Source: Macrostomum lignano
Taxonomy: Eukaryota
Direction: 5' to 3'
Assembly: GCA_002269645.1 (NCBI GenBank)
Contig: NIVC01001310.1
Coordinates: 62,001-126,000, forward strand
DNA length: 64,000 bases
In this document: in pieces, positions 23,320 to 36,642 of the stretch
Numbering within the stretch: the first letter of the stretch is position 1
Layout: each line of letters begins with the position of its first letter
The notes under the pieces: generated by a model
Databases searched by the model: none
What the model saw: the letters and a program-made list of their open reading frames with translations, nothing else
Told to the model about the DNA's origin: nothing
Position numbers and translations under genes: made by a program

Positions 23320-26300
23320 ATCTGTCTGTCTGTTTGTCTGTCTGTTTGTCTGTCTGTCTGTGTGTCTGTCTGTCGTCTCTGTCTGTCTGTCTGTGTGTCT
23401 GTCTGTCGTCTCTGTCTGTCTGCCAGTATATCAGTTTCTGTCTGTCTGTCTGTCTGCCTGTCGACGTGCAGAAACCCCAACCAAGCGCAGTGCACACCCC
23501 AATCCGCCCTCACCAGAACCCTAACGCGCAACATTCGCGAGCGCCGCGGCAAGAAGGTGGCCATCAACATTCCAGTCTACCGCGACCTCAACACCCCCGA
23601 CGGCCTGCTGGAGCCGCCAACCGAGCACACGGCCGCGGCCCTGCCCGGCCACATCTACATGGACGCCATGGGCTTCGGCATGGGCTGCTGCTGTCTGCAG
23701 ATGACTTTCCAAGCCTGCAGCATCACTGAGGCCTACCTGCTGTACGATCAGCTGACTCCGCTGAGTCCCGTGCTGCTGGCGCTCAGTGCTGCGAGTCCCG
23801 TCCATCGCGGCTGGTTGGCTGACACCGACACACGTTGGCGGGTCATCAGCGGTGCCGTTGACTGCAGAACAGACGAAGAGATGGGGCTTAAGGTTGGTTG
23901 TTTTAGTTGACCTGTTGCTTTAGGACCTTAGCTACCGTTGCTATGCTGAATTTATTCACGAAGCTGTTCCTTTGGGGTCTAAGACATTTGACTGCCGAGG
24001 GTTAGGTCTGAGTAACCGTTGCTATGGTACTTAATACAGGAGGCTAATGCCAATGGTGCTGCTGCTAGGCCGTTGCTATGCCCGGGATTCTACGCTGTTG
24101 CTATGAACAGGTTTTTAGCCCGTTGTCATGGAAAAGTTGTTAGGTCGTTGCTATGCACGAGTTATTAATCCGTTGCTATGCACGTGTTATTAGGCCGTTA
24201 CTATGGGCGGGTTGTTAGGCCGTTGCTATGCACTGGTTGTTAGGCCGTTGCTAGGCTGTTGCTAGCTTACGAGTTGTTATATGCCGTTGCTATGCACTGG
24301 TTGTTAGGCCGTTGCTAGGCTGTTGCTAGCTTACGAGTTGTTATATGCCGTTGCTATGCACGGGTGGTTAGGCCGTTGCTAGGCTGTTGCTAGCCTACGA
24401 GTTGTTATATGCCGTTGCAATGCACTGGTGATTAGGCCGTTGCTAAAGCTAGATAGTTTTATCACTTAATTCAGCAATTTCAGGTTGTCAAAATTGATTT
24501 ATTAAAATTGGGAAAACCCGCAGCCACTGGAGCGCAACCGATTTCGCATAGCCAAGAGCCGCTACGACTCAATTGACAGCTACCTGTCCGCAGACGGACA
24601 AGCCTACAATGACATACCGCTAACTATGGACGAGGACATTCTCAGACAGCTGATGGAGGCCGGCGTTGAGCCAAGCTTAAGCCGCCACTTGGCTCACCTG
24701 TTCATTCGCGATCCGGTGTCTCTGTTTTCTGAGAAGATTCATCAGAGCGACACGGAAGAGTCTGATCATTTCGAAAATATTCAATCCACTAATTGGCAAT
24801 CAATGCGGTTCAAGCCGCCGCCAACCAACTCTACTATTGGCTGGCGTGTGGAGTTCCGCTGCGCCGAAGTGCAGCTAACTGATTTTGAGAATGCCGCTTA
24901 TGTTGTCTTTATTGTACTGCTCACTAGGGTGCTGCTCACTCTGCAGATTGACCTGCTCATGCCCATCTCTAAGGTGAGATTCGTCAGTTGGGTGTGTCAG
25001 TCTCACCCTTTTCTGTGTCAGTCTCACCTGTGTCTGTGTCAATCTCACCTGTGTCTGTGTCAGTCTCACCCGTGTCTGTGTCAATCTCACCTGTGTCTGT
25101 GTCAGTCTCACCCGTGTCTGTGTCAATCTCATCCGTGTCTGTGTCAGTCTCACCTGTGTCTGTGTCAGTCTCACTCTTGGCTGTGTCAATCTCACTCTTG
25201 GCTGTGTCAATCTCACTCTTGGCTGTGTCAATTTCACTCTTGGCTGTATCAGTCTCACCCTTGTCTGTGTCAGTCTCACCCTTGTCTGTGTCAGTCTCAC
25301 CCGTGTCTGTGTCAATCTCACCTGTGTCTGTGTCAGTCTCACCCGTGTCTGTGTCAATCTCATCCGTGTCTGTGTCAGTCTCACCTGTGTCTGTGTCAGT
25401 CTCACTCTTGGCTGTGTCAATCTCACCCTTGGCTGCGTCAATCTCACTCTTGGCTGTGTCAATCTCACTCTTGGCTGTATCAGTCTCACCCGTGTCTGTG
25501 TCAGTCTCACCCGTGTCTGTGTCAGTCTCACCCGTGTCTGTGTCAGTCTCACCCTTGTCTGTGTAAGTCTCATCCTTGGCTGTATCAGTCTCACCCTAGT
25601 CTGTGTCAGTCTCACCCGTGTCTGTGTCAGTCTCACCCGTGTCTGTGTCAATCTCACCTGTGTCTGTGTCAGTCTCACCCGTGTCTGTGTCAGTCTCACC
25701 CTTGTCTGTGTCAGTCTCACCCGTGTCTGTGTCAATCTCACCTGTGTCTGTGTCAGTCTCACCCGTGTCTGTGTCAATCTCACCTGTGTCTGTGTCAGTC
25801 TCACCCGTGTCTGTGTCAATCTCATCCGTGTCTGTGTCAGTCTCACCTGTGTCTGTGTCAATCTCATCCGTGTCTGTGTCAGTCTCACCTGTGTCTGTGT
25901 CAGTCTCACTCTTGGCTGTGTCAATCTCACTCTTGGCTGTGTCAATCTCACTCTTGGCTGTGTCAATTTCACTCTTGGCTGTATCAGTCTCACCCTTGTC
26001 TGTGTCAGTCTCACCCTTGTCTGTGTCAGTCTCACCCGTGTCTGTGTCAATCTCACCTGTGTCTGTGTCAGTCTCACCCGTGTCTGTGTCAATCTCATCC
26101 GTGTCTGTGTCAGTCTCACCTGTGTCTGTGTCAGTCTCACTCTTGGCTGTGTCAATCTCACCCTTGGCTGCGTCAATCTCACTCTTGGCTGTGTCAATCT
26201 CACTCTTGGCTGTATCAGTCTCACCCTTGTCTGTGTCAGTCTCACCCGTGTCTGTGTCAGTCTCACCCGTGTCTGTGTCAGTCTCACCCTTGTCTGTGTC

Positions 26301-29300
26301 AGTCTCATCCTTGGCTGTATCAGTCTCACCCTAGTCTGTGTCAGTCTCACCCGTGTCTGTGTCAGTCTCACCCGTGTCTGTGTCAATCTCACCTGTGTCT
26401 GTGTCAGTCTCACCCGTGTCTGTGTCAGTCTCACCCTTGTCTGTGTCAGTCTCACCCGTGTCTGTGTCAATCTCACCAGTGTCTGTGTCAGTCTCACCCG
26501 TGTCTGTGTCAATCTCATCCGTGTCTGTGTCAATCTCACCTGTGTCTGTGTCAGTCTCACCCGTGTCTGTGTCAATCTCATCCGTGTCTGTGTCAGTCTC
26601 ACCTGTGTCTGTGTCAGTCTCACTCTTGGCTGTGTCAATCTCACTCTTGGCTGTATCAGTCTCACCCTTGTCTGTGTCAGTCTCACCCTTGTCTGTGTCA
26701 GTCTCACCCTTGTCTTTGTCAGTCTCACCCTTGTCTGTGTCAGTCTCACCCGTGTCTGTGTCAGTCTCACCCTTGTCTGTGTCAGTCTCATCCTTGGCTG
26801 TATCAGTCTCACCCTTGTCTGTGTCAGTCTCACTCTTGGCTGTGTCAATCTCACTCTTGGCTGCGTCAATCTCACTCTTGGCTGTGTCAATCTCACTCTT
26901 GGCTGTATCAGTCTCACCCTTGTCTGTGTCAGTCTCACCCTTGTCTGTGTCAGTCTCACCCGTGTTTGTGTCAGTCTCACCCTTGTCTGTGTCAGTCTCA
27001 TCCTTGGCTGTATCAGTCTCACCCTTGTCTGTGTCAGTCTCACCCGTGTCTGTGTCAGTCTCACCCGTGTCTGTGTCAGTCTCACCCTTGTCTGTGTCAG
27101 TCTCATCCTTGGCTGTATCAGTCTCACCTGTGTCTGTGTCAGTCTCACTCTTGGCTGTGTCAATCTCACTCTTGGCTGCGTCAATCTCACTCTTGGCTGT
27201 GTCAATCTCACTCTTGGCTGTATCAGTCTCACCCTTGTCTGTGTCAGTCTCACTCTTGGCTGTGTCAATCTCACTCTTGGCTGCGTCAATCTCACTCTTG
27301 GCTGTGTCGATCTCACTCTTGGCTGTATCAGTCTCACCCTTGTCTGTGTCAGTCTCACCCTTGTCTGTGTCAGTCTCACCCGTGTCTGTGTCAGTCTCAC
27401 CCTTGTCTGTGTCAGTCTCATCCTTGGCTGTATCAGTCTCACCTGTGTCTGTGTCAGTCTCACTCTTGGCTGTGTCAATCTCACTCTTGGCTGCGTCAAT
27501 CTCACTCTTGGCTGTGTCAATCTCACTCTTGGCTGTATCAGTCTCACCCTTGTCTGTGTCAGTCTCACCCTTGTCTGTGTCAGTCTCACCCGTGTCTGTG
27601 TCAGTCTCACCCTTGTCTGTGTCAGTCTCATCCTTGGCTGTATCAGTCTCACCCTTGTCTGTGTCAGTCTCACCCGTGTCTGTGTCAGTCTCACCCGTGT
27701 CTGTGTCAGTCTCACCTGTGTCTGTGTCAGTCTCACCCGTGTCTGTGTCAGTCTCACCCGTGTCTGTGTCAATCTCACCAGTGTCTGTGTCAGTCTCACC
27801 CGTGTCTGTGTCAGTCTCACCCGTGTCTGTGTCAGGTGTCAGTCTCACCCGTGTCTGTGTCAATCTCACCCGTGTCTGTGTCAGTCTCACCCGTGTCTGT
27901 GTCAGGTGTCAGTCTCACCCGTGTCTGTGTCAGTCTCACCCGTGTCTGTGTCAGTCTCACCCGTGTCTGTGTCAGTCTCACCCTTGTCTGTGTCAGTCTC
28001 ACCCGTGTCTGTGTCAATCTCACCCATACATGACTTAATCTCACCCGTTTATGTGTCTGTCTCATCCAGTTTAAAGTCTATCACATCCATATGCAACTAT
28101 TAAATCTCTCTCATCTATATCCAACCCATCTCACCCCAAGGTGGACGAGAACTTCAATCGAGCTCAGCAGCGTGACGCGGTGAAACGCCAGAAATTCTTC
28201 TTCCGCTCAGGCGCTCACCTGTACGACAACGACCCGGAGCTGGTCAAGGCCGAGCTGCGCGAATTCACTCTGGACGAAATTGTCAACGGCTGCCAGGACT
28301 TCCCCGGTCTGGTGCCCCTGATTCGCCAGTACCTCAGCATGAGCCACACTGATGTTGACACCATGTGCACGCTTAACCAGTATCTCAACCTTATTCAGAA
28401 GCGGGCGAGAGGTGAGTGACCTGAGGCGTTTACCTTCTTTTTCTGTGCTTCCATCTCTACCTTCTATCCATCCCTATCTACCCCCTGTCCCTCGCTCTCT
28501 ACCCCTGTCCCTCCCTCTCTACCCCCTGTCCCTCGCTCTCTACCCCCTGTCCCTCGCTCTCTACCCCTGTCCCTCCCTCTCTACCCCCTGTCCCTCGCTA
28601 TCTACCCCCTGTCCCTCCCTCTCTACCCCCTGTCCCTCGCTCTCTACCCCTGTCCCTCGCTCTCTACCCCTGTCCCTCCCTCTCTACCCCCTGTCCCTCC
28701 CTCTCTACCCCCTGTCCCTCCCTCTCTACCCCCTGTCCCTCGCTCTCTACCCCCTGTCCCTCCCTCTCTACCCCCTGTCCCTCGCTCTCTACCCCCTGTC
28801 CCTCGCTCTCTACCCCTGTCCCTCCCTCTCTACCCCCTGTCCCTCGCTCTCTACCCCTGTCCCTCCCTCTCTACCCCCTGTCCCTCGCTCTCTACCCCCT
28901 GTCCCTCGCTCTCTACCCCCTGTCCCTCGCTCTCTACCTCCTGTCCCTCGCTCTCTACCCCCTGTCCCTCCCTATCTACCCTCTGTCCCTCCCTCTCTAC
29001 CCTCTGTCCCTCCCTCTCTACCCTCTGTACCTCGCTCTCTACCCCCTCTGTCCCTCCCTATCTACCCTCTGTCCCTCCCTCTCTACCCTCTGTCCCTCCC
29101 TCTCTACCCCCTGTCCCTCCCTCTCTACTCCCTGTCCCTCGCTTTCTACCCTCTGTCCCTCCCTATCTACCCTCTGTCCCTCCCTCTCTACTCCCTGTCC
29201 CCCGCTCTCTACCCTCTGTCCCTCCCTATCTACCCTCTGTCCCTCCCTATCTACCCTCTGTCCCTCCCTCTCTACTCCCTGTCCCTCGCTCTCTACCCTC

Positions 29301-30046
29301 TGTCCTTCCCTATCTACCCTCTGTCCCTCCCTCTATCTCTGTCCATCCCTCTACCCTTTAGGCCTTTCACCTGTCACGTCTTACGCTTTTTCCTGGCTAT
29401 ATTGTGCCATCACTTCTCTCATCTACTCTTTCACTTTCTTTCCCTAGGCTTTCCTCTCTTCAAACTTTACTACGGCTTACTGTTTGTCAATTTACCCTTG
29501 CTTGTTGGGCGTTGATTGAAAGTAAAAAAGTGGCATTTTAATAGCTCAACACCTGAAGTTCTCCGTTGCGGGCTCCCAGCTTTTTGAGAGCGCTTCAAAA
29601 TCAGATCGGGTTTCGTGAGAACTGGGGCATCTGGCCTCATAGGGGTTAATCTTTATTTTTAGCATCACTTTCTTGACTGCTCCTTTTTGCCGTGCCCGAC
29701 TCAACTTCATAATTTCTTATGCCCAATAAAATGACTTAATTACGAGCACCTTGTCTTCCATACCCATACCCAAATTGTCAAATATATTGTAAGAGCTGGG
29801 TTAGAGAATGAAGCCCCACACACCACCCACCTCACACCAATATACTTTAGGCTAGAAAACAAGGTTGGCTGTACTCACCCTTAACATGCACGTTGCAACA
29901 AGCAGCAATCCTCCCCCCCCCCCAGACAGTGACTGAACCTTACATACGCAGAAGACAGCCCGTTATGTAAAAGTCCATAAAATATTTGTCTGTCTGTCTG
30001 TCTGTCTCTCTGTCTGTCTGTCTGTCTGTCTATCTGTCTGTCTTAA

Positions 30047-30129
<83 letters not shown>

Positions 30130-30418
30130 GTGTCCCATCAACCGCAGCCGCTCCATCACCGCAGGCGAGCTGCTCACCACAGCCGCTTGGATTCGCAAAT
30201 TCGTCACCGAGCACCCGGTCTACCAGCGCGACTCCCGCTGCACGGAGGCGATCAGCTCGGATCTGATGGCCAAATGCGTGGAAATCACTCAGGGCTCGTA
30301 CAGGCCTGACGAATTATTGCCCTGCACTAGCAGTAAAACCAGCGACACTCTGCCTCAGGTGATCTCGGACGCTGAGCTCTACTTGGACAACCGTCCGAGA
30401 CGCAACGGTCCGAAATGA
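20731..30418 (+). CDS. GCLC: Glutamate-cysteine ligase catalytic subunit; exons 20731-21329, 23517-23892, 24524-24973, 28141-28411, 30165-30418 (649 aa)
   Basis: [100 protein letters not shown]. All introns are GT-AG and the exon sum of 1950 nt is in frame. Confidence 0.98.
21770..22300. repeat. CT-rich ~30-bp minisatellite, GCLC intron 1
   Basis: (CTCTCCCTCCTCTCTCCCTCTACCTCTAAC)n. Confidence 0.95.
22920..23460. repeat. (TGTC)n/(TG)n microsatellite, GCLC intron 1
   Basis: Direct inspection. Confidence 0.95.
23930..24450. repeat. Degenerate CCGTTGCTATG-based repeat, GCLC intron 2
   Basis: At least 8 copies of GTTGCTATG, plus a three-fold ~64-bp block at 24215-24440. Confidence 0.8.
24985..28050. 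repeat. ~3-kb 21-bp minisatellite (GTCAGTCTCACCCGTGTCTGT)n, GCLC intron 3
   Basis: About 145 units with variant types. It produces the spurious kilobase ORFs of the track. Confidence 0.97.
28470..29350. repeat. CT-rich ~21-bp minisatellite, GCLC intron 4
   Basis: (TCCCTCGCTCTCTACCCCCTG)n. Confidence 0.95.
29985..30130. repeat. (TGTC)n microsatellite before the last GCLC exon
   Basis: Direct inspection. Confidence 0.95.
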
Positions 30419-31619
30419 TGCTCGAAGTTTCTTTTTTTGTTATTTAGTTTTAATCGACATTTCAATTACAGCCGTAGAAAAACTATTCAAACTACTGATA
30501 GTTGGCTTGTGAGTAGTGCAAAACATTTTTAAGAGAGCGAATAGAAAAAGTAAAATAGGCAAAAAAGAACATTTTTCATTGTGTTGCTACTTATTACTTT
30601 TTTCTATCAGTAGTAATGGCATAGCATTATTTTCTTTTAAATTTATTTCTTTCGTATTTTTTTCATTGCTAAATGCAAGAATTTCAAAAAGCAATAAAAT
30701 CAAATCAACTGTCGTCATGTCAAAGATCGCAAGTTGTCGCAGTTTTTTTTTAATTTAAAATAGTTCAGCTTATTTATTTGTCATTCCGATGGAGATGCAC
30801 TTTCTACCCCCTTATATATAATAAGGAGCAATAAGTTATATTTTTAATGAGTTTCCATAGGTACGATTTGTTTTAAATCTGTATTTTTTCTTTCTGGCTT
30901 GAACACTGCAGACTGGCTTGTTATATTATATTCCAGAATTTTTAGGACTGTTCATTTCATATTTAGTGTGCTCTGCTGTGCTCGAATCACTAGGCAACTG
31001 TAATTGTAATTCACTTCGAACGTTTTTCTATCTGTTATTCCAATATAATTGTTTTCTATATTTAATCAAAGTTTTATTTATTTTTTTGTGAAATGAAAAT
31101 GCTGCTTATATGCCTTATAGTAGAGCTTCAGTAGTGACCGATGCAAAATACTATTGTAAAATTTGGTGTTACGCAATGCCTCATCCTCAAGATGCTGACA
31201 TGTTGGGTTTTTTTAATTTTCTTTTGTTTAGAATAGCGCCTCCCTGTAACGACAGAATGTCAAATGATGAGAAGAGATACAAATGCAGCCATATTTTCTA
31301 ATGCCTACTCAAGATACTGATCAGTAGTAGTATAAACTTTCTACGGCGACGAATAAAATCTTTATTATTGTGCATTGTAATAAAAATACTCTATTTTTAC
31401 TACTGCGTTAGTTAGTAGTCTGCTATGCAGCGTCTGAAGCAAATGTTATTATTTAGTCTTACTCTGCTATATATATTTAATGACTCAATAGTGACAATTC
31501 TTTCTACTGTTTTCTGTGTTTTAAGATGTTTCGCCAACTAAAGATACCCAGTGTGTGTTTTTTGTTTGGGTCAGTAGTTTTGCGTGCTGATTTTTTCCTT
31601 ATTTTGTGTGCGACTCATT

Positions 31620-32292
31620 AGTTACTGGGCCAGCCTCCCAGATGCTCAGTTGCTGGGCCAGCCTCCCAGATGCTCAGTTGCTGGGCCAGCCTCCCAGATG
31701 CTCAGTTGCTGGGCCAGCCTCCCAGATGCTCAGTTGCTGGGCCAGCCTCCCAGATCCTCAGTTGCTGGGTCAGCCTCCCAGATCCTCAGTTGCTGGGTCA
31801 GCAGCCTCCCAGATCCTCAGTTGCTGGGTCAGCAGCCTCCCAGATGCTCAGTTGCTGGGCCAGCCTCCCAGATCCTCAGTTGCTGGGCCAGCCTCCCAGA
31901 TCCTCAGTTGCTGGGCCAGCCTCCCAGATCCTCAGTTGCTGGGTCAGCAGCCTCCCAGATGCCCAGTTGCTGGGCCAGCCTCCCAGAGTGTCAGTTGCTG
32001 GGCCAGCCTCCCAGAGTGTTAGTTGCTGGGCCAGCCTCCCAGATCCTCAGTTGCTGGGTCAGCAGCCTCCCAGATGCCCAGTTGCTGGGCCAGCCTCCCA
32101 GAGTGTCAGTTGCTGGGCCAGCCTCCCAGAGTGTCAGTTGCTGGGCCAGCCTCCCAGATCCTCAGTTGCTGGGTCAGCAGCCTCCCAGATGCCCAGTTGC
32201 TGGGCCAGCCTCCCAGAGTGTCAGTTGCTGGGCCAGCCTCCCAGAGTGTCAGTTGCTGGGCCAGCCTCCCAGAGTGTCAGTTGCTGGGCCAG
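31620..32292. repeat. 28/31-bp minisatellite (CAGTTGCTGGGCCAGCCTCCCAGATCCT)n upstream of PRPF31
   Basis: About 23 units; the same family occurs inverted at 51225-51470. Confidence 0.95.
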
Positions 32293-32378
32293 CTTTAATC
32301 CCTCTGGTTAAAAAACAAAAAAATCCATCCAAATCTTCATTCTTCAGCTCCAAAGACTCGTCATTCGCGCACTGAGTC

Positions 32379-35300
32379 ATGTCGCTCACCGAAGAGCTCC
32401 TGGCAGATTTGGAGGAGACCGCGGCCGCCGCCGCCGACGCCATCAAGGAGGAACCGATTGACTCCGAGGAGTTCAACAATGGCGATGGCGCGGACTCGGC
32501 TGCGGCCGCAGCTGCCGCCGCCGCGCAGTTGGCGGCCTCGGCCGCTAGCGGCCCGGTGCACTCAGTTGCTAAGCTGAGCGACAGCGAGCAACTGGCCCGG
32601 GTGCTAGAACAGATCGAAGCATTTGAAGCTGGCCCGAAGCGGCAGGCCAGCGAAATTCAAGGGCCCGTGAGTTGGTAGAGCCGTTTGTTAAGCATTGATG
32701 GACAGATGGTTTCGGCTCATTTCCTAGAATGAATCCGGCTCCTTTCCTAGAAAAATAACCGCTGATTTCCTTGAAAGAAATCAGCTTATTTTCTGGAAAT
32801 TTGTCGGCTTATTTCCTGGAAAGTCGTTTTCTTTTTTTCCTAGAAAGATATTGGCTGATTTCGTAGAAAGATATTGGCTGATTTCGTAGAAAGATATTGG
32901 CTGATTTCCTAGAAAGATTACAACTCATTTCCAAGAAAAATATAGGCTTTTTCCTCGAAAAATTCTGATTCGTTTCATAGAAAGATATTGGCCGATTTCC
33001 AAGAAAGACATCGACGTTTCCTAGAAAATTCCGCTCATTTCTTGAAAAGATATCGGCTAATTTCTTTAAAGTTCTAGATTTCTTAGAAAGACATCAGTCT
33101 ATTTTCTGGTAAGGCATTGCCCTAATTTCTGGAAGGAAAAACATATTTGTTTAAATTAACTTGGCCCAATTTCTAGTTTTGAAGATTAGCTATTTCTAAG
33201 AAATTTCTAAGAAATATTTCTGACTAATTTCTTGGAAAACTCGAAAAATATCTAGACTGAAATTTCGCCTAGAAGGAATTTGTTATCGAATCCCGTTTCC
33301 CTCTCCTGCCAGGTCGAAGCGGACCCCGAATACCAGCTCATTGTCGAGGCCAACAATTTAGCCGTTAAAATTGACGACGAAATTCACATAATTCACCGGT
33401 ACTGCCGGGATAGGTACGCGACTCGATTCCCGGAGCTAGAGACCCTTGTACCGTCGCCTGTTGAGTACTTGCAAACTGTACAGCAGTTGGGCAACGAACC
33501 TTTGGAGCGGTCCAAGTGCCCCGGCACCCTCCGGCCTTACCTGGCTCCTGCCACCATCATGGTGGTGTCGGTGACCGCTTCAACTACTCAAGGCGTTAGG
33601 CTGTCCGATCAGGAGCTCGACTGGATTATGGAAGCCTGCGATATGGCTAATAAATTGCTAGTTCAACGGGAACGAATATTGAGCTATGTTGAGTCAAGGA
33701 TGCAGCTCATTGCACCGAATTTGTCTGCTGTTGTTGGGGCCTCGGTGGCAGCTAAATTGCTGGGCTCTGCAGGTGGTCTGTCTGCCTTGATTAGAATGCC
33801 CAGCTGCAATATTCAGGTGAGTGTTGGGTACTCAGTTGATGGGTCAGCTTCTCAGATCCCCAATTTGAGCAGTCACCATCCCAGATCCCCAATTTGAGCA
33901 GTCACCATCCCAGATCCCCAATTTGAGCAGTCACCATCCCAGATCCCCAATTTGAGCAGTCACCATCCCAGATCCCCAATTTGAGCAGTCACCATCCCAG
34001 ATCCCCAATTCGAGCAGTCACCATCCCAGATCCCCAATTTGAGCAGTCACCATCCCAGATCCCCAATTTGAGCAGTCACCATTCCAAGATCCCCAATTTG
34101 AACAGTCACCATCCCAGATCCCCAATTTGAGCAGTTACCATCCCAGATCCCCGGTTTCCAACAAAATCAATTCAGCTTGTACATCCCAAAACCCCACCGC
34201 AGGTCCTTGGCTCCACCCGCAAGCAGCTATCTGGTTTCTCCAGCGCCACCCAGGGCCTCCACCGCGGCCATCTGTACGAGTGCGCCGCTGTCCGCTCGCT
34301 GCCGCCGGACCTCCGTAGCAAGGCCGTCCGCCTGATTGCGGCCAAGTGCACCCTGGCCGCCAGGGTGGACAATTTTCATCAGGCTCCCGACGGGAGCAGG
34401 GGTCGCCAGCTGAACATGGAATTAGAATTGAAGTTTGAAAAGCTGACCGAGCCTCCACCGGTCAAACAGGTGCGATCTGATGGGCAGAGCCCGTAGGAAG
34501 GACAGTAGTGCGAGGTTGACAAAGGAGCAGAATAGAGAGCAAGGCTCATGCAGTTGGGAAAAGGGTATTAAGCGAAGGGGAAGGCAAGTAAAGACAACTA
34601 GAAGGGATGAAGGGATAGATACATTTAAACGCATATAGAGACAGGTAGAGACAGATAGAGACATATAAAGACACGTAGAGACAGATAGAGACAGATAGCG
34701 ACAGGTAGAGACAGGTAGAGACAGATAGAGACAAGTAGAGACAGGTAGAGACAGGTAGAGACAGATAGAGACAGATAGAGACAAGTAGAGACAAGTAGAG
34801 ACAGGTAGAGACAGATAGAGACAGGTAGAGACGGATAGAGGCAGATAGAGACACGTAGAGACACGTAGAGACAGATAGAGACAGGTAGAGACAGGTAGAG
34901 ACACGTATAGACAGATAGAGACGGATAGAGACATATAGAGACAGATAAAGACACGTAGAGACACGTAGAGACAGATAGATAGAGACAGGTGTACAGGAGA
35001 AAGACAGGTAGAGATACAGGTAGAGACAAGTGAGAGACAGGCATAGGTAAAGAGAAGGTCAAACTACCCTGGGCTTTGCACTACTATGAGTAGGCTAAAA
35101 AATATATTCTCCCCACCCGCCGCTACAGGTAAAGCCGCTCACCGCGCCAATCGATCCGCCGTCGAAGAAGCGCGGCGGTCGTCGGCACCGCAAGATGAAG
35201 GAGCGACTTGGCATGACCGAGATGCGAAAGGCAGCCAATCGCATCAATTTTGGCGATGTTCAGGTACTTACTTGACTTAGCTGCATGGGGTACTGTCCAG

Positions 35301-36642
35301 CGGATGCAGCGGAGGGGATCGCCCATTCCGCTAGTCCCTGGCAACCTGACAGTGAGTAGTCAGGAGTCTACCTGACAGTGAGCAGTCAGGAGTCTACCTG
35401 ACAGTGAGCAGTCAGGGGTCTACCTGACAGTGAGCAGTCAGGGTTCTACCTGACAGTGAGTAGTCAGGAGTCTACCTGACAGTGAGCAGTCAGGAGTCTA
35501 TCTGACAGTGAGCAGTCAGGGGTCTACCTGACAGTGAGCAGTCAGGGTTCTACCTGACAGTGAGTAGTCAGGAGTCTACCTGACAGTGAGCAGTCAGGAG
35601 TTAACCTGACAGTGAGTAGTCAGGAGTCTACCTGACAGTGAGTAGTCAGGAGTCTACCTGACAGTGAGCAGTCAGGGGTCTACCTGACAGTGAGTAGTCA
35701 GGGGTCTACCTGACAGTGAGCAGTCAGGAGTCTACCTGACAGTGAGCAGTCAGGGGTCTACCTGACAGTGAGCAGTCAGGAGTCTACCTGACAGTGAGCA
35801 GTCAGGGGTCTACCTGACAGTGAGCAGTCAGGAGTCTACCTGACAGTGAGCAGTCAGGAGTCTACCTGACAGTGAGCAGTCAGGAGTCTACCTGACAGTG
35901 AGCAGTCAGGAGTCTACCTGACAGTGAGTAGTCAGGAGTCTACCTGACAGTGAGCAGTCAGGGGTCTACCTGACAGTGAGTAGTCAGGGGTCTACCTGAC
36001 AGTGAGCAGTCAGGAGTCTACCTGACAGTGAGCAGTCAGGGGTCTACCTGACAGTGAGCAGTCAGGAGTCTACCTGACAGTGAGCAGTCAGGGGTCTACC
36101 TGACAGTGAGCAGTCAGGAGTCTACCTGACAGTGAGCAGTCAGGTGTCTACCAGCACTGCATAGGCATAAACCAACCCTCCCTTCCCAGGACGACGCCTA
36201 CCAGGAGGACCTGGGTTTCTCGCTCGGCAATCTCGGCCGTTCGTCCAGCGGCCGAATCCGCGCCCCGGTAGCTGACGCGAAGACCAAAGCCCGAGTGTCC
36301 AAAGCGCTCGCCCAGAAGCTGCAGCGTCAGGAGCAGCAGCTGCAGCGGCATCAGCTGAACCAGCTTCACGGAGGCGCCAGCACCATGAGGCGACCTGTCA
36401 GCGGCACCGTGTCCTCGGTTGCCTTCACCCCGGTGCAGGGCTTGGAGATTGTCAATCCGAGAGCGTCGGAGCGTTCGGCCGAAGAGGAGGGGGCTAATGC
36501 CAAGTATTTCGGTACAAAGAGTACTTTCTTTCACGTTGGCACGGATCTGCTGGGGCGGCTAGGAGGGCGGCTGGAGGCCCGTCCACCTCTGGGACCAGCT
36601 GAGATCGAGGGACTTGGTCGGAGAGTGACTCGTTTAGTGTGA
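32379..36642 (+). CDS. PRPF31: U4/U6.U5 tri-snRNP protein Prp31; exons 32379-32666, 33313-33816, 34203-34469, 35129-35263, 36190-36642 (548 aa)
   Basis: MSLTEELLADLE, VEADPEYQLIVEAN, RFPELETLVP, IAPNLSAVVGASVAAKL, MPSCNIQVLG, AAKCTLAARVD, KKRGGRRHRKMKER, YQEDLGFSLG, SGTVSSVAFTPVQGLEIVNP. GT-AG introns in frame. Confidence 0.97.
33850..34150. repeat. 29-bp minisatellite, PRPF31 intron 2
   Basis: (CAGATCCCCAATTTGAGCAGTCACCATCC)n. Confidence 0.95.
34630..35040. repeat. 10-bp purine-rich repeat (GTAGAGACAG/ATAGAGACAG), PRPF31 intron 3
   Basis: Direct inspection. Confidence 0.9.
35345..36145. repeat. 26-bp hairpin minisatellite (CCTGACAGTGAGCAGTCAGGAGTCTA)n, PRPF31 intron 4
   Basis: About 31 units, each with a CCTGAC/GTCAGG inverted repeat. 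Confidence 0.97.

Noticed and set aside
22918-23524. SVCL-, IYLS-, LSLS-, LPNIS- and similar low-complexity ORFs here and at 34-35, 37.5, 41-42, 48-50 and 53.5-54 kb
   Set aside because: All are translations of micro- or minisatellites.
24626-28038. 1135-aa Cys/His-rich ORF and the 981-, 566- and 519-aa ORFs
   Set aside because: These are stop-free translations of a 21-bp intronic minisatellite; GCLC homology stops at the 24973 donor and resumes at 28141.
35345-36145. Palindromic repeat resembling a CRISPR array
   Set aside because: Units are head-to-tail without unique spacers, within a eukaryotic intron.
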